A DNA stretch of 56,275 nucleotides, the filler included, from Catajapyx aquilonaris (lineage: Eukaryota), in NCBI GenBank assembly GCA_000934665.2. It is 3 parts of 3 records of this genome, joined end to end, with 100 filler letters (N's around TTAATTAATTAA, not from the genome) between each part and the next. Parts side by side here need not be neighbours in the genome. Positions count along the whole stretch, not along the records: positions 1 to 18,685 come from JYFJ02006638.1; positions 18,786 to 37,453 come from KZ539570.1; 1 more part is not named here. One strand, given 5' to 3'. The translations under genes and the position numbers were made by a program. The notes beneath the pieces are model-generated. The model did no database searches and had not been told where the DNA came from. It saw only the letters and a program-made list of their open reading frames with translations. Positions 12,036 through 22,446 of this stretch are shown here, in pieces; the first letter of the stretch is position 1, and each line of letters opens with the position of its first letter.

Positions 12036-13894
12036 TTATGTAATAAAATTCTCCAAGGGCGTTACATCAACAGTAAGGTTTATAATGCACGTATTTTTAT
12101 GTCATATTATAAGGGCTTAATTTATACCGTAGTAGACAACAATATAATAATCATGCTAAACTACGACAATGGTGCATGTGAGATAAGTAGTTATGGGATT
12201 ACAGGCTACATGTTACAGGTTCGTAGTGCCCATTACTGAAAGTAATTAGCGAGATTTAATGGCAGCTTTATAAACATAGTAGGCTATTGAAAAGCAGTTT
12301 TAACGAGTAGAAATTATTTTTTTCCGACTTTTGGATAATGAAGGCAGATAGCCTAAAATTTGGCTGAAACTACTGTAAATAATTTCGTATCTGGAGTAAT
12401 ATTATTAAATTGTTGAATTCCGTAAATTTCTGAGATTATCGCAGCAATATTTAGTATGAATTTGGAGGGATTTGTAGAATAACCCTGTGATGCCTAATAA
12501 ATGGCAGCGATTTCCATCCCCTTCTCCCACATAGAATATAAAATCACTTTGGATGGCAGTGTCACGCGTCCACAGAAGCCTGATCCCAAATCGTTACCCT
12601 CCAGTATTTGAGTTGACGTCAGGCATTTCCAGTGCACAGCAGGACTCCAGCACAGGAGAAGTGAAGCGTGAAAGACATGTTCACCCTGGTGAAAATGAGC
12701 AGAATCTGAGGAAAACAGGTGTCGCTCCCGAGAAGCCATTTGATCCCTGCTTTTGTATACGAGGACACTAGGCTCTTAGTTCCTTCCTCCCCTCCCCACT
12801 CCTTCAGCTTCCTAAGATTGGATTTTCCCGCTCCAAAGTGCAGGCTAATCCCATTGGCATTCATTCGCCAGTAGTGAGACGAGCGCAATCCTGGCGTGGC
12901 CTCCGCCATCTTAAAAAGTCGTCGTCACCGCAGCTGCAATGGAGCCTGAGGCAATTCCATGGGGAGACCGGGCATTGTCCGGGCACAGACTTCTGCTGCT
13001 GCTTGCAGAACAAAAGACGCTACATCCCACTCCCACCGAAGCCTCACACTCACACTCTATACCCACACCACCACCCCCTGGCCCACCCCCAGAAGCTGAG
13101 GGTGGCCATTGCGCTCCAATTATGTTAATGGAAACTCCCCGAGCGGCTGCCATGGAAACCGTCTCGCGCGGTTACATTTCCCAACCGGTTTCCGATGTCT
13201 CGGATGGAGAATCCGACAGACTCCGGTACGGAGACTACCGCTCTGCACCTCTCCCTCACCCCTGTACCCTCTCACCCTCCTTCCACATGTCTCGCGATTC
13301 GATTATAAACAAATGAGGGGAGGTCTGCACAGAAGTCGATATCCTGCCATGCACTTTCATGCGAGGGCTTCATTGCCGGGAACCAACATTGTTCGAGGAA
13401 GGAGCCATCCAAAGCCTCCAATGCGGTCATACAGTTGCTTACACTATCATTCAAAGCAAGTTTCTACCTATTTCAACTGGATGTTCTTCCACTTGCCTTG
13501 AGTTCGTGAACAGATTGTGACAACAATGCTTGATCAAAAAAAGTTTCCGTATTTAACATTGTAACATCTAAAATATTCTAAATGTACCTCACTGGCTCAG
13601 CAACGCGAGGTCTTGAGATAAGAGCAGGAATGAAATAATATAACATTCACAACAACCTAAGCTGCTGAAGGATTATAACGTAGCGAAAGTATTCCACATG
13701 CATCTTGTATTATTTTTGTGTGTGAAATATTTCTGCTCTGAAAGCTTCGAAGTATAACGTGACCGTAACACAGAGTCTATATTCAGCCGTGTATGTCATT
13801 AACTTATGTACACGTGACTTACTATGGGAATGGAGGTATATATAGCATACTTTTTGATCATCATCAAACATGCTTTACTGTGACTTTTAATATA

Positions 13895-14088
13895 CAGGGT
13901 GATCCAACTCTATGGCACCAACAGTTATTGGAAAAATCGCACAAGCTGCTTGTTTATAAGCAGGTCGTTGCTAAGAGGTGCTATTCGTGATACTCTAGAA
14001 AGCATCTCTTAGCAACGACCTGCTTATAAACAAGCAGCTTGCGCGATTTCTCCAATAACTGTTGGTGCCATAGAGTTGGATCACCCTG
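13895..14088. mobile_element. Tc1/mariner-type foldback MITE
   Basis: TA|CAGGGTGATCCAACTCTATGGCACC...GGTGCCATAGAGTTGGATCACCCTG|TA with about 88-bp near-perfect arms. Confidence 0.92.
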
Positions 14089-14399
14089 TATATATATGAT
14101 GTTATTTATTGTAATACGAACTATTTTATAAGAATGTATGTGTGTGGATGGGAGTTATTGTGTGTGATGGCAGGTAATTGGGAAACCTTCATAAATAAAG
14201 TTTTCCCCATTTTCATCTACAGTAGTAATACATTTCGTTTTCCATTGCCATAAAGGGTACTTCAGGTGTATGAATCAGTGTTGGTGGGGACATATTATAT
14301 CATTGGGACTTTAAAAAGTTGGATCATTCATGGAAGGGAAGGGTGGGACTGCAAGACAAACAAAATTGTGGCTCCAAATGCTAAAATTAGAAGTAACTG

Positions 14400-15130
14400 T
14401 TTCAAAATAATCCGCTTAGTGGCAATAAAATAATCTCTAACCACTGCGGACATTTCAAATGGAACAAACAACTTACAGTATATTTCTACGAGGTTAAACC
14501 AATTAATGGTTCCATATTCCCTTGCATTTAGGCCTGAAGCCATGATTAGATTGAAGTCAATTACCGAAATATTTCCCTCAGTCTGCCATAGGCCTCTTAT
14601 CTGGACTGTTATAGACAGCTAGACCACGTCATAAGGGCGATCAGTGACCTTCTCACCGCTATATACCATGTGTTTCTCTGCCCAAATTGGCAATCCGAGA
14701 AGGAGGGCGGGAAGAGTAGATGAATAATTTATTATTAATCACTCCTGGGCCACATTCGAACTTCAATCCCGACTCATCTTATAGTTTGGGTTTGTTTTTA
14801 CACAACGCCGACTTTGTTTTAATCGTCATGGGTGAAAGATCAATCAACTCTTTCCAGTCCCCCATAGTCGGACTGTCAACATGGGTAGAGAAACCAAGCT
14901 CTTGGAGAAACACAGTGTTGCCAGACGTTTATACAGCAGTAGGCCTTCTTTGTGATCTGACTTTATTTAGGGCAAGTATCTTAGTTGCTATTGTTGCGCG
15001 ATGCTCAAGGGAGAACATATTATACCGTAACCGCCATGAGGTACACACCTGGCCAAAATATAGTCGAAAATCTGCCACGAGATCCCCTGCACGTAGTATT
15101 AGGAGAATTCCCTCAGGAATAACGTAAGTC
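14400..15130 (-). pseudogene. Degenerate LINE ORF2 remnant (AP endonuclease and RT motifs)
   Basis: Minus-strand peptides LILRAGDLVADF (APE GDFNA-like), SPT...LIDLS, and LNAREYGTINWFNL...VP...VVRDYF (RT D-x-x-x-AFD-x-V-x-W-like), interrupted by stops and frameshifts. Confidence 0.45.
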
Positions 15131-16605
15131 ATATTAGTGCAATCGGATTTAATTATTATTAGTTACATTTTCGTATTTAAATGTGAATAGTATAAGTACA
15201 GTAGGATTGAAATATTACTTTCCAAGAGGCGCGGCTTGGTATTCCCCAGTGGTCTTCTGTCGACCGTGCAGCTTGTCCGCATAGACACAAGGGACTAGAC
15301 TATCCTTTCAAGTGCTCCCTGTAGCGTAAGCCACTTGGTACAGTACTTTAGGAGCTGGCGTTATGAAAAATAGAGGAAGATGAGAGGTGCTGTCGACGAG
15401 AGCTCTCCCGGACAGAATGCAGAGGCACAAAAATATAAGTGGGCTCCTCTGAAACCCAAAATGAATGGTCCTTAGTCATACAAAAGTGTATGTGCATTTG
15501 ACTCTCCGATTCAGCTGCAGTACACTTTTTAAACAAGTTTTAGGTCGGAGTGATCTCATATTACTTCTACTGTCAAAATAAACTACCTTGTATGCCTATA
15601 TAAGTTTTTTGGGGGTTTTGTTTTTGGCACTATAAATTACTATGAGCCAGCTGTTCTGGAATTGCTGTGAAAGTTAGGCATTACCATGGTAACGTCCAAA
15701 CCTCAGCTGCACTCTTGATGTAGACAACCTACTGTATAACTTAGCAAAATGTTATTTTGTCATGACCTGTCTGCAAAATAGTACGTATTCATGAGTTATA
15801 TCTACAACATGGAACTTTTTATCTTACTGGAAGCCTTTTTCTCAGTCTGCAATATATTGCCATTGGAGTGACGATTATAGGCATAATAAACATACGGTAA
15901 CCTTTCCATTAGCGAGAAGGAAGCTTAACGATGAACCACTCGAACTCTTGGCGAAGAACTCACGGTGATATTTGAATCCCATATACAGTAATTATAATGT
16001 TAATAAGGGCGCCGGATACCTCTGCGATTTTTCATAATGGCGGGCCAAGTTTGGCCGAGTCACGGGTGCAGCGTTCTCTTTGCACCGCCGATGCGGACGT
16101 CTCGCTAGAGGTACACACTTAAAGTTTTCACAGCATGACGAGGAAGATCCAATTAAGCCCCGTATCGGTGACGTCAGTGGTGGATGATTAGTAACCAGAT
16201 GAGCCCTGACTCCAACCAATATTCGCGTAAAAAACGTGCTGTGTTCGCATCGGAGAGTGGCGGTCGTGGGGGCAGCCTGGTGCAGCTGAACGGGCCTCGC
16301 ACAGTTACGAAGACTGCTCGGGGCCGGACCATTCGTGCCGAAGGCGCGCCAATTGGGGCGAAGCCCCAAAGGGCCCCCTCCTCCCGCCTCGCAAAGAAAG
16401 TAGCCCTATATTATTGCATGCATGATTCTTCTTGCCATTTCTCTGTACTTCATGTAAAACACGGTGATGATTCTTTTGATCCGTTGAAATGAATTCACTA
16501 TACTTGTAGCGAGTTCGTCCATGCATGATTCCACGGTACATCAGTTGGTGTCACGGTTTGTCGTTCTTGTGACTTACGATGTTGCTCTACTTGCTCTTTT
16601 TCCAG

Positions 16606-16733
16606 TTTGCAACCAGTTTTCACGAGGCGTGTTCTCCATGCTGGGAGCAGTGAGTCCGGATTCCTTCGACACACTGCACTCCTACAGTAACACTTTCCAG
16701 ATGCCCTTCGTCACGCCCTGGTTCCCCGAAAAG
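16606..16733 (+). CDS. GluRIA: AMPA-type ionotropic glutamate receptor, internal exon of the N-terminal (LIVBP-like) domain
   Basis: ttttccag|TTTGC...GAAAAG|gtacta. Encodes CNQFSRGVFSMLGAVSPDSFDTLHSYSNTFQMPFVTPWFPEK, nearly identical to Drosophila GluRIA/IB as I recall it. Phase 1 to phase 0. Confidence 0.93.
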
Positions 16734-17189
16734 GTACTACAGAACCAAACCCAATCTCTGCCAATTCTCGCCATTTCCAGACACTCGCTCCGCCCCCCCC
16801 CCCCCATTTCCCCTCCAAAAAGAGAGGGGGAGGGGTGGCAGAGAGGAAGGGGGGGAAATCACTCAGTCGCGAGGGAAGAAAATATTGGCAAGAATGGATT
16901 GAGTTCCCGTCAAGTAGATCGCTTCAGAGTTACAATAATGCTTCTTTTTTTCGTAAGGAATATACTCGTATATACGAAACGAAAAGTCGATTTGCACTTA
17001 AAGCTATGACAAAAAGTATGAAGAAAATTTGCATATTTTCTAATATTACATTGTTTTTACTCTTTGCCAATTGCATGCATGATGTAGTGGAGACGTAGTT
17101 TTTCCTGGTCTAGGAACGATTTCTGTGCAAAAGCATGAATATTTTCCTAAGTTGCCGAGAGGGCTAATTTGGTGGTAATTTCCGGCCAG

Positions 17190-17319
17190 GTTCTAACTCC
17201 ATCTTCGGGTCTCCTCGACTACGCAATGAGCATGCGTCCGGATTATCACCATGCAATCATCGACGTTATCAACTACTACGGCTGGAAGAAGATCATTTAC
17301 CTCTACGACTCTCACGACG
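17190..17319 (+). CDS. GluRIA: AMPA-type ionotropic glutamate receptor, next internal exon
   Basis: ggccag|GTTCTA...GACG|gtaaag. Encodes VLTPSSGLLDYAMSMRPDYHHAIIDVINYYGWKKIIYLYDSHDG, in frame with the previous exon. Confidence 0.93.
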
Positions 17320-17999
17320 GTAAAGTCCTCCTTTTATAAGTACTATCACATTTTGGGTAGACTAATGTTAAGGGCTGCGGAAACGTGGCGGCGACTCTTT
17401 GCCGTGGCAACGATAGGATGGTGCATCCGATGTAATCCGGGCCGAGGGCAGGACAGAAACATTACGAAGCCTAATTTTGCAGACCTGATGGATGCAGATC
17501 GCTTCAAAAATGATCAGATTTGTGCATATTAAAACAACAACAACGGTTGAGGCCTTTTAAAATATTTTTCATATTTTTACAGGAGAATTATGCACATGAT
17601 TGTCATTATCCATTATGTTGTGCACATAAGTTGCTACGAAACCCAGGGACGAACAAGGAATTAAAACCAGTTGACCATTGAAAGGATTCACTAATTCCTA
17701 ACTATGAAAAAATTGACATCGGCACTACTCTGTTTTACAACTTAATAATAATTATGCATTGTAATCCAATGTTTCCGACTGTCTTTACTGCACTTTAATA
17801 CTCGTAACTCATCATTATAAAGCACTGCAATTGATTTTCTTTCCATCTCGCGGTCATTTCACATGTTTTTTCTTCTTCTTTTGCTCTTATTGACACGTGT
17901 TTGGCCTTTCTCTTCGACTCAGTTGTCAGTGAAACGGAGGTCTCACAATGGGATATTAAGAGGTTTTCATGGGGGTCTGACTGAGCAGAAGATCGAGGG

Positions 18000-18450
18000 T
18001 GCAACGGAAGGGAAGTTCCAACGTCTTCTTGGTGGTATGATGAAGGACCTTAGAAGGTTGTTTTATAGCTGACTATATGGGAGGGAAATACTGGAATTGG
18101 TTTAGGTCACCGACAGAGAGTGACGGGGCTGAAGTCGAAGAGTACAAGACTCATTTTACAAATCCGGAACAGACTTTCTCGGAGAAGCTTGAAAGCTTTG
18201 AGAACCAGTGCAGGAAAAATATCTTTGGTATTCTCAGAATTGAACCAAATTTTGCCAGGTAACTGACTATCAACAGTTTGTGGAAGGCGAAATCCCAACC
18301 GGATACCAAGTGTCGGTTGAAGGGATCATCGCGAGGGGAAGCCATCCGTGTCCGGCCTGTCATTTCGAGTTTTAGCCTATACACAAGGATGATGAGGCTA
18401 CTTACAAGGGAACGGTACTTGCTGTAAGTTGAGTAGCCCTTTGACACTTG
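18000..18450 (+). pseudogene. Possible degenerate LINE fragment (region downstream of RT)
   Basis: KLESFENQCRKNIFGILRIEPN resembles the LINE KLE-x-FQ-x-x-x-LR-x-I-x-G motif. Frames are broken and boundaries approximate. Confidence 0.3.
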
Positions 18451-18685
18451 GCATAGGGCAAGAATCGATATGGTTGATGTGAAAAGTGAGGTCTGTTGCG
18501 GCTGACATACATGAGTTTACGAGATAATGGCTTCTCAAGATTCCTATAGCAGCTGATGTGATGGTTGTATTTCCCAGGATAACTAGGTAAGGTATAGAAA
18601 ATAGCATATCTATCATCTATTTATTTACAGTGTTTACAACCTTTATGATAAGCAATACACAGAAATGTTCAACCAAATCAAGTAT

Positions 18686-18785
18686 NNNNNNNNNNNNNNN
18701 NNNNNNNNNNNNNNNNNNNNNNNNNNNNNTTAATTAATTAANNNNNNNNNNNNNNNNNNNNNNNNNNNNNNNNNNNNNNNNNNNN
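18686..18785. other. Artificial assembly spacer N44-TTAATTAATTAA-N44
   Basis: Exactly 100 nt. The central 12-mer gives stop codons in all six frames. An identical construct lies at 37454-37553. Confidence 0.95.
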
Positions 18786-19629
18786 CCAACTCGCAAAGAT
18801 ATGTTGAAAAATTAGGAATAACTATCAAGGAACTAAATAGGTAAAAACCTACAAATCCGGGGCCTAATTATTATATAGTGTTTGAGAAGCAGGAGCAGGA
18901 TGAGATGCTGCTACCAGGCACAACAATAATGTGTAATCTTGGTGTGCAAAGGACTTTTGATTTGGGATGACAGATTTGAAACACAGGGTAGTACACTACT
19001 AAAGTTGACTCCTCCTATAATGGAGAGGGGTGAAACTTGCTGGGTTGCTTCATCCAGAGAGTGGTTCAGCAGTAATTCCCTCGCTCACAGATAGAAAGGA
19101 CCTGGCTTGGATGCTACACCTGGGTTTCAGGATCTCATACAAGATTTAGGGTCTGTGTATCAGGTGGTATTTCCTCCAGATTAACCGCCAGGTAGAACCA
19201 CTGAAATGACCTTGCACCTGCATCACCATTAACCATGGTATAACAGCATGTGAAGAAAGTGCTGTCCTCACCAACTCTGAAGTGCTCACTAGATAATAGC
19301 TGTTCCGATGCACTGGCCTGGATGCAATTACAGGCAAACCCCCAACTTATTACATTGACCTGGACATTAGTGACTCACTTCTGGAATTGAACTGAGACCT
19401 TTCCATCTGTGGGCATGTACTTTACTGCAGTGCTACTCCGGCTTCCACAGCAACCAATGTGATATATGCAGATTTTCAGTAATACATGCAAGTGGTTTTG
19501 CTAGATATTAAGATAGATTGCATTTAGGGTTGCAATCACAAAAATTTGTGAGAAAATATTTCTGACAGGTGTGTAATGCTGTGGGAATGGATTGATAATT
19601 TCTAAAATATTTTGTAATTTTCACACTAG

Positions 19630-19770
19630 TAGGAAGCGATCTCGCTCCTTGTCATCATCCAGCACTAGCTCTGAAGGTTCTGAAGATCGTCGTGTCACCA
19701 GCCGCATTCGGCGTTCCCATGACCGCAAGATGGATGAAGTTGACCGGCTGGCAGAGCTTGAGAGACAAAG
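19630..19770 (+). CDS. ARGLU1: Arginine and glutamate-rich protein 1, internal exon
   Basis: Tandem TAGTAG acceptor (exon start 19630 or 19633). Encodes RKRSRSLSSSS...MDEVDRLAELERQR. Donor AG|gtaagt. Confidence 0.88.
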
Positions 19771-19910
19771 GTAAGTAAAACTCAGCACTTTCTCTCATAC
19801 TGCATATGATTGGAGGGTTGTGGGACACTTGCAAGCCCACACTAGTAGCTAGTCCACCGATAACAGGTGTTTGACAGCCTTGAATATATTGAACTAAGGT
19901 CCCTCCCCAG

Positions 19911-20136
19911 ACGTCAGAGGGAGCTGGAGCAGAAGATGATCGAGGAGGAGACAGCCAAAAGGATAGAGGAGCTGGTAGCAAAGAGGGTGGAGGAAGAATT
20001 GGAGAGGAGAAAGGAGGAGATTGAAGCGGAGGTGCTGAGGAGGGTGGAGGAAGCAAAGAAGATCATGGAGCAGCAGATGATGGAGGAGTTGGAGAGGAGA
20101 CGGCAACAACAGCTGGAGGAGGAGAAGAAACGGGAG
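19911..20136 (+). CDS. ARGLU1: ARGLU1 exon (226 nt)
   Basis: ccccag|ACGTCAG...CGGGAG|gtaagg. Encodes [50 protein letters not shown]. Confidence 0.95.
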
Positions 20137-21475
20137 GTAAGGACTTCCACGACTATGATCCTCCAAGAGGAGGATTTGCAGCTCACAGGGTTGGGGGAAT
20201 CTGAAGACAGAAGCACCAAGGGTGGGTTTATGACCAGAAATAGGGCCGACTGAAGGAGCACTTTTCATTTCAATGGAGATTAGAAATATTTCTGGGTCCT
20301 TTGGCCACAGAGGCTATGTATTCAGATAGTCATTATCTCACTGTACAAACAATGTGCGTCTGATATGAGTGCAGTTCGCACTTTGCCTGTGTGTTTCCAC
20401 ATGTGATTATAAGAATATCATGCCATATTTGGAGACTAGGGTGTACGTACATATTTTGGAGAGTAACTGGCACCCACTATCAGATACTATTCCTTCCGTC
20501 GACACTTAAGAAATTTGTGGCTAGTATGGTCAGGGTGGGATATAGTCTTGATGAACTTTTGTCCACTGACTCTTGAGTATTTTGTGACCAAAAAATGTGC
20601 TGTAACAGTGGGAGGAAGGGGAAAAGGACTGATATATGGACTGTTGCATTTTTCCCCACCCATCCCTCATCAAAACATTGTGGTTTCAGTGAAACCAATA
20701 AATCTCTCTTAGAAAAGAGCAAGATAACAGGAGTTGTCCAGTTATCAACTATGATTTATCATTTTCTGCCCTCTAGCTTTGTGGTAGGAATCAAGATTGG
20801 ATAAATTTTGTATGGATTCAGTGTTCTCTTCAATTTGTCACTTCCGTCTCTCTATACGTCTTTCTTCAATGTGTGATGACAGTATTCTGCACATATTTGT
20901 TTAATTTTTTTTATTTAGGGAGCTGAAAATCTGAACTCTTCCTCCCTCCCTCCCCCGACACATGCTGGGCTTACGAGATTGTGCAGAATAGTGGCAGGTA
21001 TCTTGGCCCTGGGTCCTGAAGCCTTGGGACCCAGGGTTTTGCTTTCAGTAGTTGAAACACAGTCAAAAGACCAGCATGTGATATGTATAATCAGTGCTCG
21101 TGCTGCCTTATGAACCTCATTTCAACCCTAAGTGACTTCCCCCTTTTACCAACATTTTGTTCCTGCCAAGAGACTTGAAGAGACAAAACTGCTTCAAATT
21201 GCATAATGGGTGTCGGGCGGTTTTGACCCACTCAGAATTGAATAAACAGAGAGACAAAGTCTTGTGTGTTAGCAAATGAAAGAAACGTTTCCTCATCACC
21301 ATTGCGAGAAGACTGCAGCGCTCTCATTTATACTAAGAATGCATTTGAGGCTGTGAGTTTACAGAATAAGCAGCATCGGAAGGAAGGTGTGAGATGGACG
21401 CAGCCACTAAGGTATTACCCATCCTTTTTTATATTTTTCATGTCACTCTCTTCTTTGTTTTATTTTTTTTGCAAG

Positions 21476-21550
21476 GTACTGTTTGCAGGGTTGCCACTTT
21501 TGAATTTGCCACCTCGCGTATCAAATAGCTTTTGATACCCCAAGACCAGG
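21476..21550 (+). promoter_or_regulatory. Candidate ARGLU1 poison (premature-stop) cassette exon
   Basis: Long polypyrimidine tract 21423-21470. Acceptors AAG (21475) and CAG (21488). Donor AGG|GTAAGT at 21550. Either acceptor gives an in-frame TGA. Confidence 0.6.
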
Positions 21551-22125
21551 GTAAGTATAGGCTGGAAGGATAAGTAGACAGTTAAAACCCTGGCAGTCAA
21601 TTTTGAATAGCAGGAAGGAATGAAGTTCACACTTGATTTCATTTGCTGTGTTGGTTGGCCAGGAAGTGGCAACCTGGCAAGGTCAATGTTCCTTGTGTAA
21701 ATAGTATGTTCTGCCAGTGGTTACATATAATTTTGCTTTGATAACAGGAAAAATGATCATTTTAAAGAAAAATAAAAAATTTGGGCAGTTTATGAAAAGG
21801 CTGCAGAGCCCTGAGAGAGTCATTTCCTTGCATCCTCTACATCATGTGGTACACTTTTAGTCATTGTTTTTTTACCACTTAATGGGATGGGTTGACTGAA
21901 GCATGAGATTAGAAATGGAGGCCTCGAAGGAAGTCCCTCTCTCCCCCGTCTCAATAAAATTGTTTTCCACAGGCTACTGCTCATTAAATGACATAATAAA
22001 AAAGCATCCATGCAAAAGAGTGTTGTTAAGTTTTCCCAATTGTTTGATACCTAGTCAGCAGTAGTTTGTAACAAAAAGGGACTGTGGATGTGACTTTGGT
22101 TAACATGCATTCCTTGCCTTTATAG

Positions 22126-22209
22126 GAGGAAGAAAAGAAGAAGAGAGAGGAGCTGGAGAGGATCATGGAGGAGAATAATCGTAAAATTGAGGAGGCCCAG
22201 CGGAAGCTG
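22126..22209 (+). CDS. ARGLU1: ARGLU1 exon (84 nt)
   Basis: ttatag|GAGGAA...AAGCTG|gtgagt. Encodes EEEKKKREELERIMEENNRKIEEAQRKL. Confidence 0.95.
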
Positions 22210-22281
22210 GTGAGTTGGTCTGCGGAATTTTAATACCTTGCAACAGGGCTTGATTTTCGGGAATTTGTGGGGATCCTGCAG

Positions 22282-22446
22282 GCAGAAGAAAGGCTAGCAA
22301 TGGTAGAAGAGCAACGGAGAATAGACGAGGAGAGGAGACGACTCACAAAAGACCATGAGAAGAGGATGAAGGAGGAGCAGAAGAAAATCTTGGGGAAGAA
22401 CAACTCCAGGCCCAAACTTTCTTTCAGCCTGAAACCTACAGCATGA
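22282..22446 (+). CDS. ARGLU1: ARGLU1 terminal coding exon
   Basis: ctgcag|GCAGAA...GCA TGA. Encodes [19 protein letters not shown]...[20 protein letters not shown]. Confidence 0.95.
   Translation, partial: AEERLAMVEEQRRIDEERRRLTKDHEKRMKEEQKKILGKNNSRPKLSFSLKPTA

Larger units (their letters stand above)
19630..22446 (+). other. ARGLU1: ARGLU1 gene model, 5'-partial: join(19630..19770,19911..20136,22126..22209,22282..22446)
   Basis: GT-AG introns with consistent phases, Glu/Arg-rich coiled coil, and C-terminal [16 protein letters not shown]. The first RS-rich exon was not found and is probably in or beyond the gap. Confidence 0.93.

Noticed and set aside
18730..18741. TTAATTAATTAA palindrome (also 37498-37509) as a biological motif
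   Set aside because: Centred in an exact 44N+12+44N spacer, so it is an assembly linker.
20872..20935. Possible C/D box snoRNA (TGATGA...CTGA) in the ARGLU1 intron
   Set aside because: No terminal stem, a T-run interior and no evident guide sequence; better explained as a splice acceptor region.
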